Below, piece after piece: positions 33,806-46,800 of a DNA stretch of 64,000 bases (position 1 is its first letter; each line of letters starts with the position of its first letter). Both the position numbers and the translations under genes were made by a program. Origin of the DNA: Ylistrum balloti (Eukaryota); assembly GCF_031769215.1 (NCBI RefSeq), contig NW_026782282.1, positions 1,736,001-1,800,000 of the forward strand, written 5' to 3'. The notes beneath the pieces were generated by a model. It did not search any database. It was not told the origin of the DNA and was given only the letters and a program-made list of their open reading frames with translations.

Positions 33806-34689
33806 TTAAATTTTACTTTTAGAACTATAAATAGTTGTTTAAATAAGCAATTCTACATGTAATGAACAACTTGTTTCTTAAGATCATGAAATCGCTGTCG
33901 TATTCGTTGAAGTTTGGAACTGTTTTTCTGCACGGAGCAATTATTTTGGGATACACCATCAAGCAAAATTCAGCATAACATCAATGTTAGATAAACAAAT
34001 TGAATAACAAAACTGATTTGATAAACTGATTTTCAATCATTTTTGCAGGATAAATTGAATACATGGTCAGTGTATTAAGATATAGATGCACTTTGGCTTT
34101 GGACAAAAACACAAAAGTTGCTCGCCACTTTTGTATTTTCGTCATCTCCCTGCCAAAATACAGCTGATATTTTAAGATACTGACCAAGTATTCTCTATGT
34201 ATTCACATAAGAAATGGAACAGTCTGATAACGTAACTGCATCAGTCCGCTAATGAAACAGCCTGACAGTTCTATATAAACATCAAAACCTTTGACACCAA
34301 ACTAGTTAGGAACAGATATGTTTTTAACATTAATTTGTATGTTTTTAACATAAATTTGCTTAATTCCCAATTTTGTGAGAAGTATGGTTTGACAATGTAG
34401 CTGTGGTATTGAAACACCATTCTTCCAGTGTCTTTGTGTACCACTAGTCTTTTTCAAAATGAAAGTAGACTTGTTAAAGGGTTGGAGTACATGTCAGTGC
34501 CAGACCGTGGATTGGCTTGCATGTATATACTAGAATCTTGTTCATTAGAGCATTGCTCTTGTCAAGCAGTGAGATCATAAACAAGGATTTTGCAGACATT
34601 TTATGTGACCACTACAATTACCTGATACATCCAATGTACAACAGCAAAATTAGAAAGACAGTACTGATGTTACAAATTACAAATCCAAG

Positions 34690-34866
34690 TTTTTAGTTTT
34701 TCATGAGCTTATGCGATGGTCTGGGATCCGTCTGTCCGTATTCAAGGTCACAGTGGTCAAATTTTTCTAAACCGGTGTCAGTGGTGTGCATGTTAATGTA
34801 TTTGTGATGAACACTGACAAACATTTAATACCAGGTGAGTGATGCAGGTCCTTTGGGCCTCGTGTT
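34690..34866 (+). mobile_element. Internally deleted HINE-like remnant
   Basis: TTTTTAG...TGAGCTTATGCGATG head and CCAGGTGAGTGATGCAGGTCCTTTGGGCCTCGTGTTT tail. Confidence 0.5.
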
Positions 34867-36057
34867 TTAACAACTATTGCTGCTGTTTCCAATTTTAAGT
34901 TGGTATTCTGACACATCAGTCAAGTGATATTTGGGTCTGAAGACATTTTTGTAGCTTCGTAGCTAGTCAGTGTGAGATATGCCAATAACGCTTGCAGAAT
35001 AAAATGTTTGTACTTATCCATGGATTAATAGTGAAAAAAAATCGGTTACAATTGTTAGGATGAGACAAGTTTAAGGAACATCTGCAGGAACAGAACACCA
35101 AACTTATATATGAACATATAATGTGATACATATACATAACAATCAAAATATTTTTGAGTTTCTGAAATTGAAATATATTCATATGCATTCTAGATGAAAA
35201 TTTGTATTTCAGGTAATGATATGATTTCATTTCAATTTTAGAGGAAAGAATAAATTGAAGCTTCATATATGATTTTTTTTTTTTTTCGTTAATTTTCTCA
35301 GAATTATAGATAAATCAAAGTCTATGATTGTCTAGCTTACAAAAACCATACAAGAATTACAGAGCAATGCTCCTGTCGATCCTTAATCATCAATCACATG
35401 ACATTTCTTGAGACCTAAATAACATTGATTAATAATGTTGAAATATGAATGTTTTCCATGCTCAATCATATGACATTAATACTCATAGTTCTTGATTAAG
35501 AGTTGTGAATCAATGAATTACTGCTAATATTTTGTTATTATTGTTAAAGCCTTTATAATCTTGTCTAATCTGGTACTTGAGCATATTGCCTACCAAACCT
35601 ACAACTGTAATACTGGAACTGAAGGCGTTTCTTAAGGGTCTCGTTATCAAGTTTTAGATGCGGGGCATCTGCTTTAGTGATTGCCTATCGTAAATGAAAT
35701 TAATTCTTTTTCATTCAAGTATGAAGAGAGACTCGCTGTATTATTAATATATAAGCTCTATATTGATGACCATGTATCTTATAAATATTCAAGAATATAA
35801 AGCAATATATCTTTGGTATGCGATCATATTGATTATTATTAGATGTGTATGTATTTATATTTCATGTCCTGTAAAAGTTGCATACTTGTCACGTTTGTAA
35901 ACATCATGCTTATTTTTATGATGCTAAATAAATCCGTCATTTGTTTACCTGACAGAATTGTTTTAAATAAACAATAGATTGCAGAAGGATCTTAGTGTCC
36001 ACCATGATATATTTATACCTTCCACTTAGTTAAGGGGTATCGTCTCCATGACTGTGT

Positions 36058-36641
36058 TTTTAGCTCACCTGGTCCAAAGGACTGGTGAGCTTTTGCCATA
36101 TCGTAGGCATTTGTTGTCCATCTACAAAGGAATGACTGAGTGGATTTTTATCAAATTTGGTCCCCAGCATCCTTGGAGGAAGAAGAGCAGATTTTGTATA
36201 AATGGTTTGTCGTTGCTCCTTGGGGCCAAAGAGGCAGGGCCTTATAAGGGAAATGGAGCAATTTCTTGAAAATTCTGCTCCTCCTGAAGAAAAATTTTGA
36301 TTTTACCCAAATTTGGTCAAAAGCATCCAGAAATGAAAGGGACTCAATTTTATATAAATGGCCGGTCGTGGCCACCTGAGGCAGGAGGGATGGGGGTCCA
36401 AAACTGGAAATAGAGGAAATTCTTTAAAATCCTGCTTCTGTTGGAATGATTCAAGTTTGTCCAAATTAAATCTAAAGCATCCCTGTTTGAATGTAACATA
36501 GTTTTGTATGAACAGTGCATCTGTTCTCCTTAGTGCAGAGCCTCATGGGGAAATTAGATTCAAGTGTTTTAAATCATTTTCTATTATTTTAGATCAATTT
36601 TTAAATCAGGTGAGAGATACATGCCCTTTGGACCTCTTGTT
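36058..36641 (+). mobile_element. HINE-like element, family A, complete ends
   Basis: TTTTAGCTCACCTGGTCCAAAGGGACTGGTGAGCTTTT head, about 3 internal repeats, and TCAGGTGAGAGATACATGCCCTTTGGACCTCTTGTT tail. Confidence 0.75.
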
Positions 36642-37709
36642 CTCTTCACTCCTAATATGGACCATAGACAAAAAGGGGACTATGGGAAATCTACCTAAGA
36701 AATTTGAGAACCATTCACATCAATGCAATACTACTCAAGATATATGGGATAAAAATAAATGAAATTTGTTGAAATCCAAGATGGCCACATGTGGACCATT
36801 TTGTTTCACAACCAATTTCAAACCATAATGGGCACAACATTGGATCAAAGGAGGACCTAAGTATGAAAATTTTGTTGCATATATCTGGTACATCTTGAAA
36901 AATGGTGTTCAAATCCAAACTGACTGCCTATAATTTTGGCTATTTTTCACCAGTCAGTTTCAAATCAATATTATACAACTAGATACTAAATCAGTGGAAA
37001 ACAATGTATGGAAATATTTAATGATCCATCCAGTAAATCAGAAATAAAAATAATGACTTAAAATTCTAATATAGTTGCAAATATCAACCATTTTGCTTTT
37101 CCTAATTAGAATTGGAAAAAATTATCCATCACAGTTCATTTTCGGGAAATTATAAGAATTGTTTAATGACATATAGAAAGATTGATTTGAACAGCCTACC
37201 ATCAAGATGGTAATTTATGTCACACTGTCATATGGTTAAATCTCAAACTAACTGCAACAAAATTTATTCTTAATTATTAATTTTGGTTATGTTGTTGTTT
37301 TTCTCAAACAACCGTTAAGAGAATGATAAATAAATTTATTTGAATTAGTTAAGAGGTTGGACTTTTGTTTTTTACTATACATCTATCTCTCCTCATAATG
37401 CAATCTGCTAGTGTATGACATCATGTAATTATCTACATATTGAGATCACAATATGTCATATTATTGGCTTATTCACTGAATGACAGGACATTCTTGTGAT
37501 AAATGTAAGTTATATATAATGTATTTAAATTAAAGTAACAGCAATCATTATACATCCCTGGTAAGACAGATAGAAGAATGTTATTTTCCGGGTTTATGGT
37601 GGGTACTTGTCCTGTATATTATATTATAAAAGATCAGGATCACACGACTTCTTGTTTTGCTCCTGGATATAATCAAAGCACTAAATATACATTGACAACT
37701 CCAGCGAAA

Positions 37710-39972
37710 ATGTCGACCGACGATACGGAACTGAAGGAAACAAATATTTCTGAGCAAGGTGACGAAGCTGCAATAGATAAAAAACTGACAGAACACGATG
37801 AAGTACCCGAAAACAAAGAACAGCATCCACAGGCCGGACCATCTAGCCCTGTATCTGAAACGAAATCCAAAAGTAAGTTGAAATTGCTCGTCTCTGACAT
37901 TGTCTGATTTCAGTCCTAAAACAGGTTGAGCACAACCCCATGCATATGGATAAGAGACCTGCATTTGAGCGAATGTTACTGCTTTGAATAATCAGCCAGT
38001 TACTTAAACGCATGGTCATTTGAAATAGAAAACCAAGTTCTTACTATTTTGCTAGGAAATTTTCCAGGGGTGCAGAGAGCAAAATTGATCATATGACATA
38101 ACCCTGGAGGATTCGAGGATGCTTTTTTGATCCGGTAGGGGTAAACCATGAAAAGGACCGAGAATGATTAGTAATGAAGAAAAGGTGTACTTTTAGGGTG
38201 TTTTATTAGCACACACAGATCACATAACGTTTTCACTGAATATATTTCTTATCGCAGTTGATGTATTGTTAAAGCCAGCTGGTGATGCCCCGATCATGAA
38301 AAAAAAGAGATGGGCTGTAGAAAGAAACAAGAAAGTGAACTGGATCAGTGAATTCATCAAGAAATATCTTAAACTGGACCCAAAGGAATCTATGGTGAGG
38401 CTGTTTGCGTTGTCCTTTGTCGTTGTCAAATGATAATAATAGAACACTGGTAAAGTTCAAGAAGCATTTAAAATGTAGATACAGGCAAGCTGCTAAACAC
38501 TACATTTTATGTATTCATCTTTGTTCAATTATCCTGCACTGAAGTTGTTATCTAGATGAAAAGGCAAATTATTTGGTATGTGTCTTGATAAGACACTCCA
38601 AAATAAGCATGACTGGCAAGGTTTTGATTTGTTGGAACTTAAAAGAGACCACACAATATCTATAACAGTAGATATTTGACCAAGTGATCTTTTTGTCTGT
38701 ATTTTGATTAATTACTACCTTAAATATTTTGTTCACATGTTAAAAATCCAATAACAATTTATTGGACTTTCAGAATGGTAGCTTGGTGTTGCATTGTCCA
38801 TCAGTCATGTCAGTTGTTTTTATTAAACTGGATCTTGTTTGCCGTTTCCTTCCCCAGATTGCATTAAAATTTTTGTGACGATTTTTGAACTAGTTTTTAA
38901 TCTTGTCTGGAGATTTTCCTTCTTCAATTCCAAATTTTTTTCATAATTGATTCATAGATATTAAAATCATGAAATGTACACATAGTTATGCTTTCCTGAG
39001 TGACATTTCAAATTGATAATATACTGAAAGACTTTTATCAACATATTAATCTTGTTCAAATGTCTCCTATTTCATTTTCCAAAATATCTCTTTGAAACTT
39101 CATAGAATTTCTAATAGTGACATGTTACTATGAAGATCAACGCAAATGACATATAGTGTTACATTTTCATATTTTAAAGTATTTTAACGAGGGCAATCAA
39201 TATCAGCTGATATCTTGTTGCACGATTGTTGTAAAATTAATAAAGTTTATATGTATATGAGGTTCCACTATATGTACTTTTGTTTTAGATGAAGTACTAA
39301 GATTTGTTTCAAAAGAACAGTCATGACTCCAGTCCCTTTCCCAAATAAACTGAAACAATTGTTGAACATTGTTTGGATTCAGGATTTGTTTTTGTTTGTT
39401 TGTTTGTTTGTTTTAAACAACTGCCTCCATATATTCCATGTTGTCAAGATAATACATTCAAGCTGACCTTTATTAGCAATCTTGCTTTCTTTTCAGTTTC
39501 TGTATGTTCATCAGTCATTTGCTCCTTCACCTGACACTGAGATAGGCACAGTATTTGATGTAAGTATTCTAGAGTTTGTAAGGAAAGCATTAATAATTGC
39601 TCACCTTCTACACATGAAAATTACTTAATAAAATAAAATTATTTTCAAACCTGGATAGGAAAGGGAGGATAGGAGTAAATCCTATTTTATTTATATTTTA
39701 TTATTTTTTGCCTGGATAGTTAATTTCATGATTTATAATATATTATATTTTATATTTCATAACATATTGTCAATTATTAGGTAGACCATAATTTGTCATA
39801 TATAATTCATTATTTATTGTATTACAGAAAAAGTCCTTATATTATGACATTAGAAATAAATTGCAATTGATTATGAAAGCAAACAGCATATTCTTGTATT
39901 GATCTTTTTCAGTGTTTTGGTAGTGATGGGAAACTAGTGGTACACTATTGTAGGACCCAAGCATGGGGATGA
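37710..39972 (+). CDS. ATG12: ATG12 ubiquitin-like autophagy protein; exons 37710-37872, 38258-38394, 39497-39559, 39913-39972; 140 aa
   Basis: [35 protein letters not shown] and [19 protein letters not shown] with the terminal glycine retained. Phases are 1, 0, 0. Confidence 0.96.
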
Positions 39973-42232
39973 TATGTCTGAAAGGCAAGAGTTCAGCTGA
40001 TATTCCAGTTGATGTCACAGAAAATTTATTTGAAAAAAAAAACATGACAGACTGTGAAATAGGTATTAAGCATGTGAGCCAAGTGCGACAAATTTTCTGC
40101 ATGTTTTTCATATATTCTATTTCTGTTGTTATCACCATTGCAAAAATAACTGGAATTAATTTTGTTTAGTTTTACTAATAATTATGGAGAAATCTTGAAA
40201 GCAGAACAAGGCATCACAAAGAATGAAAATCTTCCCTATAGACTTATGTGGAATAAAGAAGATGGCCAAGGGTGTTAAGTTTCATCAAATTCCTTCAAGG
40301 AATGAAACCACAAAAGTGCTAACAAGGATTTTAAAAAAAAACAATAATAATGACCATAGCCTTACAATCCAGAAACTTGAATTTGTCTGTGATATTATGG
40401 TCATTCATATATGAATGAGAAGTTTCATCTAAATCCCTTCAGGAGTAAAGGCCACTGGAGTGCTGACAAAGATAAGTGTTATGTAACATACAGAACTGCC
40501 ATATATCCTCTCCCCCCATTCTTCATCAGGGGATAAAATTCAGTTTTAAGGAATTGCTTTCCAATGTCATTTAATTGATTGTTTGTGATCAACATTATAC
40601 AAAATGTATTTTACTGCCTCCACTGATATCAATTATAATTTGTTTTATTTTCTCAGAGTTAATGACAGAAAAATCAGAATAAATAAGTGAAAATAACTTT
40701 TAAAAGATGAATGTTTCTATCTGCAATTTCAAAAAATATATCAACTAAGATAGAACATGCTAATGGAAAGATTTTCAAAGGAGCAAAAAAAGCTTAATAT
40801 ATCTACTTAATTATCAGGAATTTTCTATAAACATCTCTGTAGACAGAAAGCAAACACTAATTGTGAGTAGATTTACAGAAGGTATTGATAAACAATTGAA
40901 AAATAGAATGGAGTTTGATAAGAATGTATGCTGAACTTGTAAATTATTGTTTCTTTTCATTTTTGAGAGGAATTAAAAGATTGTCTGTTCTTAAGTGAAG
41001 GATGGATATGCTTGAAATACTGTGATATTATATATATATGAGAGAGATAGGATTGTTAGAGGTGAAAGTGTATGGATGTGTTTTTCTTTTAGAGTCTGGC
41101 TTTAGTGTTGAGCCAGTGTGTTTAAAAGACTTCTTGTGTCAGAGACAGGCCTGTGATTTAATGAATAAGAAAACGATGGAAATTTTTTTTTCAAAAGACA
41201 CCAATTCATCCATTGAATTCAGGAATGACTCAAAATGTCTTTACTCATGACAATGGCAGTCCATTTATTCTCTAACATCTACCCTACAAACATATATTAT
41301 TTTGCCATCTGTATACTGGGTGGATACAATTCAGTCAATTTTATCATTGATAAATCATTCAAAATTTTTTTTGCCTTTGTTCCGGACCACTGCATCTGAT
41401 TCAGTAGTAAAGGATCATGTGATTTATTTAAGTTTTGTGTGTGTAAATTATGAAATGTATGATTTGGTTTCACTGCAGAAAGTTTTGTTGTACACCATAA
41501 ATGTTTCCCATAAATTTCATTTGTTTGTGACACAGGTGTGAGAAAGTAATATTCCGCCCTTTAGCAATACAGAGTTTTCAGCTGTTGTGAGCAGGTAGTT
41601 GTTTCTTTATGAGAGTAATATCATAATTTTTTTTTTTAATTGACACAATTATCTCTTAAATTAATAAGAACAGTCAATATCTGCTCACAAGAGCAGATAT
41701 CTCTGCATCACAAAAAGACAGATTATTGTTGTTGAGAGAAAATGTACAAATCTTAAACAATAAAAACAAATTTATGTCCAAAATTAATTTCTCTGGTTTG
41801 TGTGATTTTTGTGACCATCAAAATAAAACCAGTAAAATATTCCTTAAATTTTGAATAATGAATTTACTCACTGTTTTCAATTTCAATGATTGAAGTCCTG
41901 TTTAACTTCTTTATATAGAAGTTGAAATCCATTGTCCATTTCAAAATTCTTGAAATTATATAATACGATACATTGATCTGTTTTTAAAACACAAAAATAC
42001 AGAAAAAAAACAGGATCTTGCATGAATTTATTATTTCATAAGATTTATGAAAAAAAATGGGAGAACTTTTTTATGTTGATATAAAATTGGATTATGAAAA
42101 AGATTATGTTCATCATTGTAAACTCTGATGGTTTCCATTGGTCTCCAGTTTTACATTATCTGTTAGACTGCTTGGAAAAAACAGTATGGTTGACAAACTG
42201 ACTCCCATTTTTTTTTTATAGTTTTGGGTTGG

Positions 42233-42545
42233 TTTTTTTAGCTCAGCTGATCCAAAGGACCAGTAAGCTTGTGCCATGTTGTGGAGTAAGATTTTAAAGA
42301 ATTTGCTCTATTTCCCCTTTAGGGTCCTGGCAGTCCTGTTTAATGGGGCTGTGATTTATTTCCCTTCACCCAAGAATGCTTCTGACCAAATTTAGACAAT
42401 GTCTATTCATACCTATAGGTGGCGTAGGATTTTAAAGAACTTGCAAAATTTCTTTTGAACCCCACCCCTCAGGCCAAGAGCCAATATTTATGCATACTTG
42501 GTTACACTTCTTTGAGGATGCTTCTTACAAAATTTGTCAAAATAT
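42233..42545. mobile_element. Rearranged HINE-like element (plus-strand head, minus-strand internal repeats)
   Basis: TTTTTTAGCTCAGCTGATCCAAAGGACCAGTAAGCTT head followed by the reverse complement of the family-A unit (CCCTTCACCCAAGAATGCTTCTGACCAAATTT). Confidence 0.55.
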
Positions 42546-43850
42546 GTTTTGTTGTTCATGACAAGTAGCGATTTTCAGTTAAATGGTGACAGGTCACAAT
42601 ATCAAAATTTTCTTTAAAGCTCACTTTATCAAAAGGACCACCAAGTTAAATTCGATAAGTCAGGCGACATTTAAATTTTGAACAATGTACCGTAAAATGA
42701 TAAATGAATAAACAATTAAATAAATAATTCCAGACAGTTATGTTACCATCTTTAATTTACATTTGGCAAAATATACATGACATTGTGTGTAAAACATAAA
42801 TACATTGTATCACAAAATAACAGTTGATCACCTTTATCAGTAACTGAAAGGTCAGCATCATAAATGAAAAAGGTATCTATTAGATTCTACAGGGAATGGT
42901 GAAAAAAAAATATTAGTTTCTCAAAAACTGATAAGTTGTAATCACAGAATTCTGCCATTTTTGGTTTTGTTTTGTCATTTAAAATACACCCCTACATTTT
43001 CCATACAAGTTTGCTGCCATTCTATCTAACCGGGAATAAAAAATATTCCTGTGTGAAATATCTCCCAAGAAACATGCAAACTTTGATGTCAACATTGTCA
43101 TTTGACAACATGACAGCGACAAACACTTCTGATGGCGCAAATGTAAATATTTAAGTTATACACATGTTTTTACTTGAATTGGGGAGAGAAACTAATTTTT
43201 CATTTTCTTGCACTTCATAAATTGATGTCAGCATATTTTCCAAATCCTTTTGTATTGCTCTACATAAATAATGACAAATTTCCAATGCAATTCATTTCTG
43301 ATTATTGAAATGAAAGCATAAAAATAACAATATACAATATTCAGTCTTAAGATAAGAAAAAATATGACCTATATTTATATATTTTTCAACATCAGCATAT
43401 TCTATAGAGTCATCATCTAGTTATTCAACTCCAAGAACATGTCTTTTAGGAGAAAGTTTAATAAAGATATGTACAAATATTAAATTCATTCGAAAAGGTC
43501 AAACGTCAAGTGAAAGCTTTTAAAAGTCCATTTACTTGGTACATAAAATGTAGTTTATGTATTTTCCCTTTTTTTTCCCCCTAAGTAAGTGTGGATATTG
43601 CTGAGCTATGTGCAAATCCAATAAATGTAAAGACTCGCAATTTGTCAAAGTCTTCACTCACAAATTAAGTATTGAATTGGCTAGGCAGTAAATGTGTGTG
43701 CCATGTGCAATTCCATGACTTATTCATTTCTAATTTGTGAGTTTTAATATCTTCTCCCTTTCGATGTCAATGTTCTCAGAAATGATTAATTTCCATCTGC
43801 ATCTTCATCCTTTTTTTGGTAGGATTTCTTTTTTTTCCTAATTTGGTAGT

Positions 43851-46800
43851 TTATGACAAGAACTCTCTATGTTGTTGATTACTGACAAGATGTTGTGGGA
43901 ACTTCCAGACCAGGATGGCACCATCTTCACTGACACTGACGATATGGGTGTTTTTAGGTGAAATCTTGATTCTCTGGATATTTCCACTGTGTCCAAGTCC
44001 TACTGATATCACTTTTCCTTTTTTGTAATCCCACAGCTGAGTAAATGAAAATGAAATTCAATTAATTATCAACATTTTTATAAATACAAAACTTTCAAAT
44101 TTTAAATATGAACCATGACATCTTCTCCATGTGCATACATTTATAAGCTAAATATGAAGAATTTAGAATTAGTGTATTTTGTAAACGACACTGAGAATTG
44201 AACTCAAAAGGTTTAATGATATGATAACTTTACTGCAAAGCCTTTTCAAAGTATTTTAGAAGTGTCTATAAAATTACACTGCAGAAGCCACCCTGGTAAC
44301 ACTAGAGTAGAACTTGCAGGCAGATAAATTTTCATACATTCTTTTTCTGTCATACCACATTTGGTATTCCCTAGCAAACACTGACTTTCATCACTGGCAA
44401 ATCAGATTATGAACTTAATTACCATTTTATAACCTGAAAAAAAATCCAAAATAGAAATTAAATGTAAACGTACCTTCAAGATTTTGTCATCACCACCAGT
44501 AGCAATGAGGCTGCCATCTTCTGAGATGTCCATAGCATTGATTGAGCCACTTTCTGATCCGTCATTTTCACGAATCTTTGCACCATCGATGACGTCCCAG
44601 TAGACTAGCTTTTTGTCCGTACCGCCTGTCACAATTTGGTTTCCCTCTCTGTTATACACTACACACTTGAACAAAGTGGTTGCAAATACAATCTGGGAAC
44701 GTTTATGCGTCCTGAAACATAAAGAACATCAAATTTGAAAATTCATTTCATATTTACATCATTTCATACCTCAAATGATTTCTGGGAAATTTTTTTTTCA
44801 AACCTGTCAGCTTTCCAAATGACTGACTTTTACAAAATTCTAAAAGTCAAAGAAACTCACACAAAAATAGGGAGGTGGACAGTTTTGTTTATGCCCATTC
44901 CATTCTAAAATAGTACCTTTACTACAACAAGTAAATGTTAATGAACTTCCTTACTTTGCAAAAACTTGAAGAAGAAATTATAAGGTATCACTTTTGTGAT
45001 TATGTGAACGTATATAAAGCCTTTATCAATTTTTAGCTTATGTTAAAGGGAGTTAATCTTAAATTCTCTGGCCATGGTGTGATTGGACAATAAAGAATGA
45101 TAACCACTCACCATCAACTTCATAATTTATATATGTTATGAAGCTGTACCAACTCCAGAAGCAAAGACAATAACGTAAAAGAAAGAATGGGTTCTAGGTA
45201 AATGGAAACGCCCCTTTATAAAATGTAAAAAAAAAAAAAACAAACATACAAAAAAAGAAGAAAAACACTAACAGTGTGATATCCCAGATTCCCTGGAAAT
45301 CTTCAAGCGTAAATATCATTGTTATGCCTCCTGTGTTGGTTTATAGCTAGATATATGAGGGTAGTTTATTTTGATAGCAATAAGCCCATACCTGGTAATA
45401 AGCGCACATACTTCTAGTGAATCTTCATTGACCTGTAATAAGCCCACCTCCACACTTTAAGGAGGACTTAATGTGTAGATGTCCCTTAGCTTATTTCAAG
45501 ATAAATGCATAGCATGCCAGATATTTGTCAACAATGAAACTCACTTCATGTCCCAGATGATGGTTGTTCCATCATGGCTGGATGACACACAGGTCTTTTC
45601 ATCCTGGCTGATCTTGATGTCCGAGACAGACCCTCTGTGCTCCTTCATATTTTCCTTCAAGGAGTATGTTTTGTTGTCTTCTGAGACGCTCCATACACGG
45701 ACTTGACCTTCTCCGCCCCCACTAATGATACGATGCTTACGTTCAGAAGTATAGGCCAGGGCAGTCACTCCATTACTGTGGGCATCCTCTATTGTAAACT
45801 TGAGGCAAAAGCCATTTTTGTTATGACCATAACCCCTGATTTTTCCATCATCCCATGCTAGAAAACAAAATTTGGAAAGTCAAATCATTGTGAAACAAGT
45901 TTGAATATACATGCATATGTCCTATACCAAGCAGGTACAATTCAGGATGATAGAAAATGGGCACATTTAACAAGAATTGTTAACTCTTGGCCATTAAACC
46001 TAATACCCCTGAAACTTCAAAATCATTTTGTAAAGATATGAAAAATGGAACATTGTGTAAACTCCACTGAAAATTAGGGACCTTGTAAAATATATCATGA
46101 TTACACATCTATATTCAGATTACCGGTTACATTCACAAGGCTTCATACAAACTAGTTGATACTGCAATTAAAATAACTGGTTTTCCTTTTTAAGCAAAGC
46201 TGGAAAAAAAAAACGTCTGCTTACTGATGGACTGAAGACACAATGGGGTAACGCTTTAACTCTTTAGCCAAAATTACAAACATGAAATTTGTAGTCCTAG
46301 TTATTTTTGTTGATTCTCTATAAATCTAAATTTCACAAGAGGTCACACTGTGTATGTGCTGCTATTCAACAATGTGATTTCAAATGATGTACACTATCTC
46401 CAGCATATCTTGAAGCTTAGCAGGAATTATCATTAATGATATTTCATTGTATATGTAATAAGTCTGCTTTGCCTCATGAAAACTCATAGCACTATAAACA
46501 GTGAACTTCTACTTACCAGTAAACAGCTCTTGGCCATTTGGTGTTAAAATGACTGTGGTACAGGTGATGTTGGCTTCTGTGTGCCTCCAAAGCTCTCGGC
46601 CATTCTTCAGCAGCCAGAATCGGATCTGTCCTAACTGGGATGTCATGAAGGCGTCATTCATTAAGCTGGATGCAAATGAAAAAAGAATTATATATGGTAC
46701 ATACAAAAATTTTGTTTGTTTTTTTTTCTTTGTAAAATGCTGACGGGTACCTTCACAAAATATTCCCACAACCATCATTGAACTGTCGTGGTATTGCATT

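Noticed and set aside
35560-35960. Possible LTR or LINE 3' fragment between CHMP6 and ATG12
   Set aside because: No ORF, no paired LTR, and no poly(A) tail or TSD could be identified.
37578-37964. Upstream extension of ATG12 to 37578 and a 127-aa antisense ORF
   Set aside because: The ATG at 37710 has good context and gives the canonical 140-aa length; the antisense ORF has no motifs or splice support.
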